This document shows, in pieces, positions 1-12,756 of a DNA stretch of 49,647 nt; position 1 is the first letter of the stretch, and each line of letters opens with the position of its first letter. A program made the translations under genes and the position numbers. The notes under the pieces are model-generated. The model was not told where the DNA came from. It made no database searches and was given only the letters and a program-made list of their open reading frames with translations. Source of the DNA: Chiloscyllium plagiosum (taxonomy: Eukaryota). The DNA is taken from positions 91,396,767-91,446,413 of the forward strand of contig NC_057719.1 of assembly GCF_004010195.1 (NCBI RefSeq), written 5' to 3'.

Positions 1-394
1 ACAATACTTTTCACTGTAATTCAGTACATGTGACAACAATCAAATCAAATCAAATTGCCGCATCCTTAGATCCACACTCAGTGCTATGCATCACCACATG
101 CATATTCTCAATCTCTCTCTCCACCAGCACTGCCTCACACTAGCTCAAAGCCACCCTGCTCCCCAGTTCCACTTCATCCTCCAGCATATTTGATATTCTA
201 ACAAGAAACTGTTTCTTTTCCTTTCAGGCATTCAAACACACAAGATGCAACAACTCAGAGATACCCATATCCCTTCGAAACCTTCTTCCCTTCCCCATCA
301 CTCTGACTTCCTCCCCTGTCCCAACCCCATCTCCTGTCTAGTATTTACTATCCCTTCTGATCTACGGCTGTCTGATGCTGACATTCTGTACTTA

Positions 395-505
395 GCAAAG
401 GTGTTCTGAAGAAGGGTTACTGGACCTGAGACATTAACTCTACTTTCTCTCCACAGGTGCTGCAGGACCTGCTGAGCTTTTCCAGCAATTTCTGATTTTG
501 TTCGT
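395..505 (+). mobile_element. Penelope-derived terminal-repeat fragment with degenerate hammerhead core
   Basis: CTGAAGA-AGGGT-TACTGG-ACCT-GAGAC followed by tctctccacaggtgctgcaggacctgctgagcttttccagca; same motif family as 38619-38750 and 45963-46085. Confidence 0.6.
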
Positions 506-709
506 GAAATAGTAGTAATGTGGAACAAAGAAATACTGGAGCAACCAATTAAGTATTTTCCATCAGGCTTCATGATGCAAGAAACAGTGACATTTTAGAA
601 CTTCAAAGAGTAAGGGAGCAGAGGTGAGTGAAGTGGCCATCACTAAGTAGAAGGTGCTTGGGATGGTGAAAAGTGTGAAGGTGAATAAATCACCTCGACT
701 GGATGAACT

Positions 710-3700
710 CAAAGGGGAGAGGGACCAGTAGGAGGATGTTGTACACATTGGTACCGACGACGTAGGAAGGGAAAAGAATGAGATTCTGAAGGGAGAATTT
801 AGGAAGTTAGGCAGGAATTTTAAAAGGAGGTATTTGAAGGCAGTAATATCTGGATTACTCCCAGTGCTACGAGCTAGTGAGGGTAGCAATAGGAGGGTAG
901 AGCAGATGAAGAAGTGGCTGAGGAGCTGGTGTGTAGGAGAAGGATTCAAATTTTTGGAGCATTGGAATCTCTTCTGGGGTAGAAGTCACCCTGTACAAGA
1001 GGGATGGATTGCACTTGAATTGGAAGGGGACTAATATACCGGCAGGGAGATTTGCTAGAGCTGCTCGGAAGAATTTAAACTACTTGTGGTGGCTGGTGTG
1101 GGGGGCGGTGGGCGGGGAGTGATGTGAGTGGGATGACAAAAGAAGTGAGTCAAACAGTCAGGGCAGGCAGTCGTCGACAGTGTGGTACCGGAAAAGGGTC
1201 CGATGAAGGGCTTATGCTCAAAATGTTGATTCTCCTGCTTCTCGGATGCTGCCTTACCTGCTGTGCTTATCCAGCACCACACTCTTGACTCTGATCTCCA
1301 GCATCTACAGTCCTCACTTTCTCCTAGTTAGGGCAGGCAGGGACAACGCAGAGAACAAGGTAAGACTGATAAATTAAACTGCATTTATTTCAATGCAAGA
1401 GGCCTAACAGGGAAGGCAGATGAACTCAGGGCATGGTTAGGAACATGGGACTGGGATATCATAGCAATTACAGAAACATGGTTCAATGATGGACAGGACT
1501 GGCAGCTTAATGTTCCAGGATACAAATGCTAGAGGAAGGATAGAAAGGGAGGCAATAGAAAAGGGGGGAGTGGCATTTTTGATAAGGGATAGCATTACAG
1601 CTGTACTGAGGGAGGATATTCCCGGAAATACATCTAGGGAGGTTATTGGGTGGAACTGAGAAATAAGAAAGAGATGATATCCTTGTTAGGATTGTATTAT
1701 AGATCTCTAAATAGTCAGTAAGAAATTGAGAAAGAAATTTGTAAGGGGATTTCAGTTATCTGTAAGAATAATAGGGTGGTTATGGTAAGGGATTTTAACT
1801 TTCCAAACATCGACTGGGACTGCCACAGTGTTAAGGGTTTTGATAGAGAGGAATTTGTTAGGAGTGTCCAAGAAAGTTTTGTGAGTCAGTATGTGGATGT
1901 ACCTACTAGATAAGGTGCAAAACTTGACCTACTCTCGGGAATAAGGATGGGCAGGTGACTGAAGTGTCAGTGTGGGAGCACTTTGGGGCCAGCGACCATA
2001 ATTCTATTAGTTTTAAAATAGTGATGGAAAAGGACAGATCAGATCTAACAGTTGAAGTTCTAAATTGGAGGCAGGCTACTTTTGACGGTATTAGACAAGA
2101 ACTTTCAAAAGCTGATTGGGTGCAGATGTTCGCAGGTAAAGGGACAGCTGGAAAATGGGAAGCCTTCAGAAATGAGATCACAAGAGTCCAGAGACAGTAT
2201 AGTCCTGTCAGGGTGAAAGGAAAGGCTGGTAGGTGTAGGGAATGCTGATGACTAGAGAAATTGAGGGTTTGGTTAAGAAAAAAAAGGAAGCATATGTCAG
2301 ATATAGACAGGATAGATCAAGTGAACCCTTAGAAGAGTATAAAGGCAATAGGCGTATACTTAAGAGGGAAGTCAGGAGGGCAAAAAGGGGACATGAGATA
2401 GCTTTACCAAATAGAGTTAAGGAGAATCCAAAGGGTTTTTACAAATATATTAAGGACATAAGGGTAACTAGGGAGTGAATAAGACCCCTCAAAGATCAGT
2501 AAGACAGCTTTTGTGTGGAGCCACAGGAGATGGGGGCATTTTGCATCAGTATTTACTGTGGAGAAGGACATGGAAGATATAGAATGTAGGGGAATAGATA
2601 GTGACATCTTAAAAAATGTCCATATTACAGAAGAGGAATTGCTGGATGTCTTGAAACACATAAAGGCAGATAAATCCCCAGGACCAGATCAGGTGTATCC
2701 AAGAACTCTGTGGGAAGCTAGGAAAGTGATTGCTGGGCCCCTTGCTCAGATGTTTGGATCATCAACAGTCACACGTGAGTGCTTGATGACTGGAGGTTAG
2801 CTAATGTGATGCCATTATTTAAGAAAAGTGGTAAGCACAAGCCAGGGAACTATAGACCAGTGAGCCTGACGTCGGTAGTGGGCAAGTTGTTGAGGGAATC
2901 CTGAGGGACTGGATTTACACATATTTGAAAAGGAAAGGACTGAATAGAGATAATCAATGTGGGAAGTCATGTCTCATGAACTTGATTGAGTTTTTTGAAG
3001 AAGTAACAAAGAGGATTGATGAGGGCAGAGTGGTGAACGTGATCTATGTGGACTTCAGTAAGGCATTCATCAAGGTTCCCCATGGGAGACTCGTTAGCAA
3101 GGTTAGATCTCATGGAATACAGGGAGAGCTAGCCATTTGGATACAGAACTGGCTCAAAGGTAGAAGACAGAGGGTAGTGGCGGAGGGTTGTTTTTCAGAC
3201 TGGAGGCCTGTGACCAGTGGAGTGCCACAAGGAGCGCTGCAGGGTCCACGACTATTCATCATTTATATAAATGATTTGGATATGAATTGAGGAGGTACAG
3301 TTAGTAAGTTTGCAGATGACACCAAAATTAGAGGTGTAGTGGACAGCAAAGAGGGTTACCTGAGATTACAACGGGATCTTGATTAGATGGGCCAATGGGC
3401 TGAGGAGTGGCAGATGGAGTTTAATTTAGATAAATGCAAAGTGCTGCATTTTGGGAAAGTAAATCTTAGTAGGATGTTTACACTTAAATGGTAAGGTCCT
3501 GGGAGTGTTGCTGAACAAATAGACCTTGGAGTGCAGGTTCATAGTTCATAGAAGAAGGTGTTTGGTATGCTTTCTTTTATTGGTCAGAGCATTGAGTATA
3601 GGAGTTGGGAGGTCATGTTGTGGCCACTTTTGGAATATTGTGTGCAATTCTGGTCTCCTTCCTAACGGAAGGATGTTGTGAAACTTGAAAGGGTTCAGAA

Positions 3701-4178
3701 AAAACTTACAAGGATGTTGCCAGGGTTGGAGGATTTGAACTATTGGGAGAGGCTGAATAGGCTGTTTTTCCTGGAGCATCAAAGGCTGAGGGGGTGACCT
3801 TATAGAGGTTTATAAAATCATGAGGAGCTTGGATAGGATAAATAGACAAAGTCTTTTCCCTGAAGTGGGGGAGTCTAGAACTAGAGGGCATAGGTTTAGA
3901 GTGAGAGGGAAAAGATATAAAAGAGACCTAAGGGGCAACTTTTTCACGCAGAGGGTGGTGCGTGTATGGAATGAGCTGCCAGAGGAAGTGGTGGAAGCTG
4001 GTACAATTACAACATTTAAAAGGCATCTGGATGGGTATATGAATATGAAGAGTTTAGAGGGATATAGGCCAAATGCTGGCAAATGGGACTAGATTAGTTT
4101 GGGATATCTGGTCAGCATGGACGAATTGGACCGAAGGGTCTGTTTATGTGCTGTACGTCTCTATGACTGCATGATTGT
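710..4178 (+). mobile_element. CR1 LINE, near full length and decayed: ORF1 SGNH-esterase end, ORF2 APE endonuclease + RT, 3' tail
   Basis: ORF1 VVHIGTDD and ISGLLPV...WCVGEGFKFL; EN CIYFNARGL, IAITETW, SDHNSI; RT GVPQG, KFADDTK; C-terminus NFFTQRVVRVWNELP; tail ctctatgact; multiple stops and frameshifts. Confidence 0.93.
1171..1325 (+). mobile_element. Short Penelope terminal-repeat insertion with inverted 5' piece and 15-bp TSD, inside CR1
   Basis: TSD agtcagggcaggcag (1156-1170) / agttagggcaggcag (1326-1340); absent from the sister CR1 copy near 24830; decayed hammerhead core ccgatgaagggcttatgctcaaaat. Confidence 0.8.
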
Positions 4179-5670
4179 AACTACACCCCAGGGTTCTGAA
4201 GGAGATAGCTGAGGAGATTGCGGTGGTGATGTATCAGGGATCACTGTGGGCAGGGTCTCAGAGGATTGGATTATGGCAAATGTAACACCTCTGCTTAACA
4301 AGGGAGGAAAGAGAAGATGAGAACTTATAGTCTAATTAGCCTGACCTCAGTCATTGGCAAATTTTATTAAGGACAAGCTTGCAAAATACTTGAAAGCGCA
4401 TGGTAAAATAGGGCTGAGTCAGCATGGCTTCATTAAGGGAAGATCATGCCTGACCAATCCGTTAGAATTCTTTGAGGAGGTAATGAGCAAGTTAGACAAA
4501 AGATAGCCCATGGGTATGTTCTATTTGGATTTCGAGAAGACTTTTGACAAAGTGCTGCACAGGAGGCTGCTAAATAAGTTAAAAGAGCCCATGATATTAG
4601 GAGTAAGGTACTGTCATGGCTAGAGGATTGGCTAAAGGGAAAAAGGGTTTTTTTCAGGATGGCAGCTGGATTCTAGTGGAGTACCACAGGGATCAGTGTT
4701 ATGATCATGATTATTTACATTACACATCAACTGGAGCAGTGTTACTAAGTTTCCAGATGACACAAAGAAAAGTGGAGGGACTGGTAGTGTTAAGGCATAA
4801 GAAGGCCTTGCTCAGGCTGAGAGTGTGTGCAAAGAAGTGACAGATGGAACGCAATGTGTGAAAGTGCAAGATCATTCCCTTTTGGTAAGAAGAATAGAGG
4901 CGTACACTATTTTCTAAATCAGGAAAGGCTTCAAAAATCTGGAGTATAAAGGGACTTAGGAGTCCAAGTTCAGGTTAACATACAATTTCAGTTGGCAGTT
5001 GAGAAGGCAAATATAACGTTAGCATTCATTTCAAGAGGGCAAGAATACAAGAGTTGGGATTACTGAGGCTGTATAAGACTCTGGTCAAATTGTATATTGT
5101 AAAATATTGTGAACAGTTTTGGGCCCCATTTCTAAGGAAGGATTACTGGCCTTGGAGAGGATCCAAAGGAGATTTGCAAGAATGATTCTGGGGATGAAGA
5201 GCTTGTCATATGACGAGCAGTTCAGGACCCTGGGTCTGCCTACCATGGAGTTTAGGAGGACGAGGCAGATCTGATTGAAACTTACAGAATACTGTGAGGC
5301 CTGGATAGAGTGGACATGGATAAGATGTTTGCACTAGCAGATGAGACTAGGACCCAATGGCACAGCCTCAGAGTGAAGGGACGACTGGTTAGAACAATGG
5401 TGAGGAGAAATCTTGTCAGCCAGATGGTGGTGAATAATGGAACTCATTGCCACAGAAGGTTGTGGAGGCCAAGTCTTTGAATGTATTTAAGAGAGAGATA
5501 GATAGGTTCTTGATTAGTAAGGGGATCAAAGGTTATAGGTAGAAGGCAGGTGCATGGGGTTGAGAACGATATCAACTATAATCAAATGACAGAGCAGATC
5601 TGATGTGGTTAAGTTTGACTGCTTAGATCTGCTCCTATATCTTAAGGTCTAAGAAGGTACTGCACACTAA

Positions 5671-6150
5671 AGGATTTCCCAGCAGTGTGGCAGATTTGGT
5701 CACTTTAATCAGTTTTGCAATGACAATGTCTTAAAACTAAATCGAATAGATCGCCTCCAGCACAAAGGCATACCCAGCACATTGAATAGAAGGAAGAAGA
5801 AAATTTGGAAATTACACACTTTCTTGGTCCTAAACCAGAGAATGTTTTCTGGACCAGGATTTTTCATCAAATAATTTCAGATCGTAAATTTTAAAATTCA
5901 CTTTTTTCTTGATTCAGGGTCAGCTATTACTATGCTGCCTGATACTTTGGAGATACTTTACATTGTACGCCTTAGAATATGGAACCTTCTTTAATCAGAT
6001 GTCAAGTTCAGCTTCTGAGGGGTGGCACTCTTTGAGCCATAAGTTGTTTTGAAACAGCACTCACCTGCAAAGGGAAGTTGTTAAAGAGCGCATTTACGTC
6101 TTACCGAATCAGAACATATCTTTGTTAAGTTAACAAACCTGTGTCCAAGA
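5671..6150 (+). pseudogene. Degenerate Gypsy-type gag zinc knuckle + aspartic protease
   Basis: Frame +1: SQQCGRFGHFNQFC (CX2CX4HX4C, first C>S, 5677-5718), then in the same frame after one stop KIHFFLDSGSAITML (D at 5911); frameshifted second half GGTL*AISCFETALTCKG / VVKERIYVLPNQNISLLS*QTC. Confidence 0.75.
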
Positions 6151-6699
6151 GGTCTTCCACAGTAGTTACCAGCAATTGCAGTCCAGGTAATAACATTCCA
6201 ATCCATTCTGCAAGGGAATGATATGGCAAGATGATGGTTACAGTCTACTTTGTAGGGAATTACTTCAGCCTCTCCAGCCTGTTTACAGAACATCTTTTGT
6301 GAAACATTTCCACAGTTTTCTCTAGTTCCTGAAGATTTATGACAAGAAGATTGGATGACATTTTGTGAATAAATTTTTCAGCTTTCCCAAGAGTTTAATC
6401 AGCTTTATAATCCATCTCCAGTCATGTTTGATGAGAATGAGCCTCTTCCTTAGTCTTGACTGTAAGATAGACCGGAGTGAGCCTGAAAACATGCTACTAA
6501 AAGGCCAGTTTTGTCATTTCAGGAAGAAAATTTGGTGGTACCTTAACTTTCAGTTTTGATTGCAGTACATTCCAGTCCATTTTACAATGTCTTATATCAG
6601 ATGGAGCCATGATTTGGAGATGCCGGTGTTGGACTGGAGTGTACAAAGTTAAAAATCACACAACACCAGGTTATAGTCCAACAGGTTTAATTGGAAGCA

Positions 6700-6734
6700 C
6701 GCTAGCTTTCGGAGCGACACTCCTTCATCAGGTG
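6700..6734 (-). ncRNA. Minimal hammerhead ribozyme motif (Penelope terminal repeat)
   Basis: Minus strand cac-CTGATGA-AGGAGTGTCGCTCC-GAAA-GC-TA-gcg: intact core, stem II GGAG/CTCC, palindromic AGCT stem III. Confidence 0.75.
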
Positions 6735-6825
6735 ATTCTAGAGGGCTCGATTGTAACACAGAATTTATAGCAAAAATTTAGTGTGATGTAACTGAAATTA
6801 TACATTGAAAAATTGATTGTCTGTT

Positions 6826-7786
6826 NNNNNNNNNNNNNNNNNNNNNNNNNNNNNNNNNNNNNNNNNNNNNNNNNNNNNNNNNNNNNNNNNNNNNNNNNNN
6901 NNNNNNNNNNNNNNNNNNNNNNNNNNNNNNNNNNNNNNNNNNNNNNNNNNNNNNNNNNNNNNNNNNNNNNNNNNNNNNNNNNNNNNNNNNNNNNNNNNNN
7001 NNNNNNNNNNNNNNNNNNNNNNNNNNNNNNNNNNNNNNNNNNNNNNNNNNNNNNNNNNNNNNNNNNNNNNNNNNNNNNNNNNNNNNNNNNNNNNNNNNNN
7101 NNNNNNNNNNNNNNNNNNNNNNNNNNNNNNNNNNNNNNNNNNNNNNNNNNNNNNNNNNNNNNNNNNNNNNNNNNNNNNNNNNNNNNNNNNNNNNNNNNNN
7201 NNNNNNNNNNNNNNNNNNNNNNNNNNNNNNNNNNNNNNNNNNNNNNNNNNNNNNNNNNNNNNNNNNNNNNNNNNNNNNNNNNNNNNNNNNNNNNNNNNNN
7301 NNNNNNNNNNNNNNNNNNNNNNNNNNNNNNNNNNNNNNNNNNNNNNNNNNNNNNNNNNNNNNNNNNNNNNNNNNNNNNNNNNNNNNNNNNNNNNNNNNNN
7401 NNNNNNNNNNNNNNNNNNNNNNNNNNNNNNNNNNNNNNNNNNNNNNNNNNNNNNNNNNNNNNNNNNNNNNNNNNNNNNNNNNNNNNNNNNNNNNNNNNNN
7501 NNNNNNNNNNNNNNNNNNNNNNNNNNNNNNNNNNNNNNNNNNNNNNNNNNNNNNNNNNNNNNNNNNNNNNNNNNNNNNNNNNNNNNNNNNNNNNNNNNNN
7601 NNNNNNNNNNNNNNNNNNNNNNNNNNNNNNNNNNNNNNNNNNNNNNNNNNNNNNNNNNNNNNNNNNNNNNNNNNNNNNNNNNNNNNNNNNNNNNNNNNNN
7701 NNNNNNNNNNNNNNNNNNNNNNNNNNNNNNNNNNNNNNNNNNNNNNNNNNNNNNNNNNNNNNNNNNNNNNNNNNNNNNNNNNNNNN
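6826..7786. other. Assembly gap (N run)
   Basis: Run of N. Confidence 1.
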
Positions 7787-7984
7787 TAGTGGGGGGCTCG
7801 ATCGTAACACAGAATTTATAGCAAAAATTTGCAGTTGATTTACACATGAAAGAAGTGAAACTATCACTGTATTCTAACAGATGAAAGGCTTAACAGACAA
7901 TCAATTTTTCAATGTATAATTTCAGTTACATCACACTGTAAATTTTTGCTATAAATTCTATGTTACGATCGAGCCCTCCACAAT

Positions 7985-8019
7985 CACCTGATGAAGGAGC
8001 GTCGCTCCAAAAGCTAGTG
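7985..8019 (+). ncRNA. Hammerhead ribozyme motif with core mutation (GAAA>AAAA)
   Basis: cac-CTGATGA-AGGAGC-GTC-GCTCC-AAAA-GC-TA-gtg; stem I cac/gtg. Confidence 0.65.
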
Positions 8020-8377
8020 TGCTTCCAATTAAACCTGTTGGACTATAACCTGGTGTTGTGTGATTTTTAACTTTATCAGATGGAGCAGAATTCTTCACCT
8101 TCTCCTATGGTGATGCTAATTTGTGTGAACAAGAATGCAAAGGAAGAAACATTACATGTGTCTATTGAAGATACGATGAAAATTCCAGCACTTACAACTT
8201 TACAAGATAGTCATGATGATCTTTCAAACAGCAACAGACAGATGCACTTGATTGTCCAAGACTACAGGCAACAAAAAACACTGCAGATGCTGAAACATTC
8301 AACAGCAACACAGAAACATGAGAATGGTGTTCTGCTTTTGTATGAGTACCAAGAATATTATTATTCACAAATTTGTT

Positions 8378-9602
8378 AGACTTCTTTGATGAAGTGACCA
8401 GGAACGTTGATGAGGGCAGGATGATGGCTGTAGTCTATATGGATTTCAATAATCCCTTTGATTAGGTTCCACATGGTAGGCTGCTCTGGAAGGTTAGAAT
8501 ACATGCAATCTAGGGGGAGCTAGCAAATTGGATACACAATTGGCTTGATGGTAGGAAGCAGAGGATAATAGTGGAAGGATGCTTGTCGGACTAGAGGCTT
8601 ATGACTAGTGGACTGCCTCAGGGATCGGTGCTGGGCCCATTGTTGTTTGTTATCCAAATCAATGATTTGGATGAGAATGTACAGGCATGATTAGTACGTT
8701 TGCAGATGACACTAAAGTAAGAAGGTATTGTGGAAAGTGAGGAAGATTATCAGAAATTGCATCAGGACCTTGATCAGCTGGGGAAGTGCACTGATAAATG
8801 GCAAATGGAGTTTAATATAGATAAGTGTAAGGTCTTGCATGTTGAAAAGTCAAGTCATGGTAACAGTTTCATGGTGAATAATAGGACCTTAAAGAGTGTA
8901 GTGCAACAGAAGGACCTTGGAGTTCAGGTGCATGGTTCTCCTGAAAGTGGAGGGCAGTGAAGAAGGTTTTTGGCACACTGGCCTTCATCAGTCAGGGCAT
9001 TGAGTATAGAAGTTGGGAAGTTATGTTGCAGTTGTAAAGGACATTGGTGAGACCACACTTGGAGCATTGTGCTCAGTTTTGGTCACCTTGCTATAGGAAA
9101 GATGTTACTAAACTGGAAAGAGTGGAGAAGAAATTTGCAAGGATGTTGCCAGGACTCAAGGGTCTGAGTTATAGGGAGACAAGTGAGGACTTTTTTCTTT
9201 AGAGTGTAGGAGGCTGAGGAGAGATCTTCTAGAAGTGTATAAGATCACGAGAGAAATGGATAGTCTGAATGCACTCAGTCTTTTTCACAGAATTGGGAAG
9301 TCGAAAACTAAAAGGTGTCAGTTTAAGGTTAAGGAAAAAATAAAAGGGAACCTAAGGGGAAACGTTTTTACACAGAGGATAGCATGCATATGAAATGAGC
9401 TGCCAGCAGAAGTGTTGAGGTGGGTCCATTAACAACATTTAAAAGGCATTTGGGCAAATACATGGATCGGAAAGGTTTAGAAGGATATGGGCTAAGTGCA
9501 GGGAAATGGGCTTAGTGTGGTTGGACATTTTGGTCGGCTGGACCAGTTTGGGCAAAAGGGCCTGTCTCCGTGTCGTAGGATTCTATGATTCTATGACTCT
9601 AA
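8378..9602 (+). mobile_element. 5'-truncated CR1 LINE (RT + 3' tail)
   Basis: DFFDEVT, GLPQGSVLGP, FADDTK motifs; tail ttctatgattctatgactcta. Confidence 0.9.
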
Positions 9603-10568
9603 TATGCTTCACGTAGGTTTAGTCAGGAGATGAGAAGGATCTGATTGAAACTTACAGAAACACTTGTCAAATGTGACAGCAGTCAATTTTGAAATTCCTT
9701 TCATCTAGCCTTTTTCAACCAGAATGTTTTGTGATAAACCCAGGTGCAGTCTCAACAGTCTTGATTGCAAAATCTTCCAGTGCAAGCAGAAATTCCTGAA
9801 GAGACATTTTGTGGAAGTGAATTTATACTCTGTAGTCTTTAGTAGAAGGCAATTATCAGATTTCTCCACTTTGATCCTAAATTTGAGTTAAAGCGCATCT
9901 TCTTATTGGTAAAGCTTCACTATTCAGTAGTTTTTAATTGTAGGACCTTCTCTTGATACAGAAGGTATCTTGAAAAGATTAAATTAATTGGCATCTTGTT
10001 AAGAAGTGGTGTCCTGTCTTTATCCTGATGTGACATGCCTTTGGCCACTAGTCCTTTCAGTGCTGTGAGATTTGGGATAAAGTTACAAATTCTACTCTTT
10101 TTGTTTCGGCTGCTGCAAGTATGGTTCCAGATCAGTCTTCCACCACCCTTTTATGCATTTTTGAGAGTGCCACAGCACTTGAATTTGTGAATGATGGATT
10201 TTGGGGAGAAAATGGTAGGATTGGAAATTCGTCCTAAAGGGAATACCCTTAGTTAAATATTCCAGCAAATAATGTTGAGAGAACATTTTCAGTTCATAAC
10301 ATTGGAAACTGAGATAGTTTATATGGGAGATATTGAGCCAGGATAAACAGTGATGTGACTGTAGCCTCAGCAGTCATGTGGTAGTATTTGCTGGTAGATT
10401 GTAACCGATACTGCACAGTGCACAAAGCTCTGTAGCCTCTCCATCATGAATAATCTACTCATAAACATTGTTTAAAAGTAACGCAAAAATCTGGCCTGAG
10501 CTGGAATGCATATCCAAAGAGCTCATATTAGAAAACCATGAGATTTTAATGTATACCAAAATTTATCC

Positions 10569-10834
10569 ATAGAACATAGAACATTACAGCACAGAACAGG
10601 CCCTTCAGCCCACAATGTTGTGCCGACCACTGATCCTCATGTATGCACCCTCAAATTTCTGTGACCATATGCATGTCCAGGAGTCTCTTAAATGTCCCCA
10701 ATGACCCTGCCTCCACAATTGCTGCTGGCAATGCATTCCATGCTCTCTCAACTCTCTGTGTAAAGAACCCGCCTCTGACATCCCCTCTATACTTTCCTCC
10801 AACCAGCTTAAAACTATGACCCCTCGTGTTAGTC
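10569..10834 (-). mobile_element. CR1 3' end fragment
   Basis: RGHSFKLVGGKYRGDVRGGFFTQRV; tail catagaacatagaac; closely similar to 23810-24090. Confidence 0.9.
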
Positions 10835-11224
10835 AACTTTTGTAATGTATGAAAAAATGAATTTGTGCAAAAGTATTTCATTTTTCGGTGACAGATATAA
10901 GACATACCCAGTTGCTTACTCTGTTCAATCAAATCCCAGATGTCTGAACCACTTCACTGTGACATTACCAATATTTGCAGCAAGAAATTTAAAAACCTAA
11001 ACGGGGCAATGCCAAATCTAAATAATGGCAGATACTAATCATTGACTGACCACAGGAACATTTGGACCATTATCTGGCAGGAAGTCAAGAACAGATTATA
11101 ACAATAATAGCCCTTCAATTTGCTATGGATGCCAGAAATCTGACATAAGAGCAGAAAATGCTGGAAAATGCTCTGCCAGTCAGACAGAATCATATGAAAA
11201 AAGATGAACCTTTTGGATCAGCAT

Positions 11225-11525
11225 AAATCTATGGAAACAGAAAGTCGGAGTAGGCCACTCGGCCCTTCGAGCCTGCTCAGCCATTCATGACAATCTTGGC
11301 TGGTCATCCAACTCAATCCCCTGTTCCTGCTTTCTCCCCCATGCCCTTTGATCCCTTTAGCCCTATGAGCCAGATCTAACTCCTTCTTGAAAGTATTTAA
11401 TATTTTGGCCTCAATCGTTTTCCATGGCAGAGAATCCCACAGCCTCACCATTCTCTGGGTGAAGACATTTCTCTTCATCTCAGTTCTAAATGACCAACCT
11501 GTATCCTTAAACTTTGACCCTGGTA
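11225..11525 (-). mobile_element. CR1 3' end fragment
   Basis: RNVFTQRMVRLWDSLP...FKKELD. Confidence 0.85.
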
Positions 11526-11564
11526 TTGGATCTGCTGAGTTTCTCCAACATTCTCAACGTTTGT

Positions 11565-11748
11565 TTCAGCATTCCTTCATTGTTGCTGGGTCAAAATCCT
11601 AGCACTCCCTCCCAAATTGCATTATGGGCCTAACCACAGAAAATAAATAAAGTAGGGTAGTTGTTCAGGAAGGCAGTTCATCACTACCCTACTTCTCAAA
11701 GGCAACTAGAGATAGGCTCTGCTGACAGCACCCACATCCCATGAGTGA
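11565..11748 (+). mobile_element. 3' end of an L2/CR1-type LINE
   Basis: gctgggtcaaaatcc...ttcaggaaggcag...cttctcaaaggcaactag...cacatcccatga; same tail family as 22215-22400 (-) and 45185-45292. Confidence 0.55.
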
Positions 11749-12399
11749 TGCTTATGAAGCTGTAAGACAGAAAATGGCAAAAAGGAGAGGTGAAAAAGAA
11801 AATAAGAGAAGCAAAAAGGAATTATGAGAAAAGACCAGCAGCTAATATGAAGAAAAATCCTTATATCCTCTCTTGCCAATCAAAGATAAATAAGGGGATT
11901 TGCACATGGAGGCTGGGGACATGGATTTTATAGAAGAGGAGGATGCTGTCCAGGCCACAGTTACAGAGGAGGGAAGGCTTCAAATTTAATAAGGAGAGAG
12001 GCAGAGATTCGAGAGAATGATGACAGATGTGCAAGGCCAAGGGACTATGGCTGGAGGGGAGTGGGGCTGGAGAACTGGTGGGTGTGGGAAAAGGAGCTGT
12101 GGGAGGTAAGTACCTGTACTTCAGGAAGGGAAGGAGCTGGAAAGAGGAGTAAGGGCTGCAAGAGAGCAGAGGGTCTACAGAGGGAGAGAGGGGCTGTAAA
12201 GAGACAAAACATTTCTAAATTTTTATCAAAGAGCACTATAAAATTGTCTACAGGAAACAGAGTATTTGATTTCCTTGCAAGTTAAAGCAGCAAGTGTTCA
12301 GGAGGTACTATATGGGGAAAATTAAGTTGATGTGATTGTAATGAATTGTAATTATGTCAATTGCATAATTTAATACAGAACAGATTTATTTCAAGGATT

Positions 12400-12750
12400 T
12401 ATATATATGTGTGTTATCACATCTTAAAGCATCTGACATTCTATGAATTATTGAGAGTGCAGTTTCTGTGTCAGAGCCAAAAATGCAATGGGTTAACCAG
12501 TCCATGAATAGGTGTTCAGGATAATGGGTATTTATATATTTAAAGATGTATCAGTTTTGTTCTAAATGCATTTGTTGGTAGCTTCTGTCTGTTGGCTTGT
12601 ACCAATTTAAATACTATGGTGTCCAGGAAATTAATGCTTTCCACATGTGTTGTGGCTTTAAGATTAACGGAGCAGTGATAATTATTGGCTGCCCATCTCA
12701 TTCTGTTTCTATTGAGTCCAGGTTCCCCATATAGCACACAAATAGACGAG
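12400..12750 (-). mobile_element. Old Penelope-like RT C-terminal remnant
   Basis: NNYHCSVNLKATTHVESINFLDTIVFK resembles the Penelope-type N..H.SI.L......I.FLD..V motif. Confidence 0.6.
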
Positions 12751-12756
12751 GGATTT

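Larger units (their letters stand above)
600..5650 (+). mobile_element. Old CR1 LINE ORF2/3' end (600-709 and 4179-5650), split by a younger CR1
   Basis: The KSPGxDG-like segment (aaatcacctcgactggatgaact) resumes at 4179 (aactacaccccagggttctgaaggag); degenerate RT motifs follow (QHGFIKGRSCLT, FQMT for FADD). Confidence 0.75.
6608..8073. mobile_element. Penelope-like element with inverted terminal repeats and 13-bp TSD (interior in assembly gap)
   Basis: TSD tatcagatggagc at 6595-6607 and 8074-8086; about 6646-6825 is the reverse complement of about 7891-8073; a further partial repeat at 7787-7835; hammerhead motifs in both arms. Confidence 0.85.

Noticed and set aside
205..300. Acceptor-like tttcttttcctttcag at 227
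   Set aside because: No matching donor or recognisable peptide; it lies next to decayed Penelope-like sequence.
6728..7867. Long ORFs of 334-379 aa in the ORF track (also 22431-23825)
   Set aside because: Artefacts of translating through N gaps.
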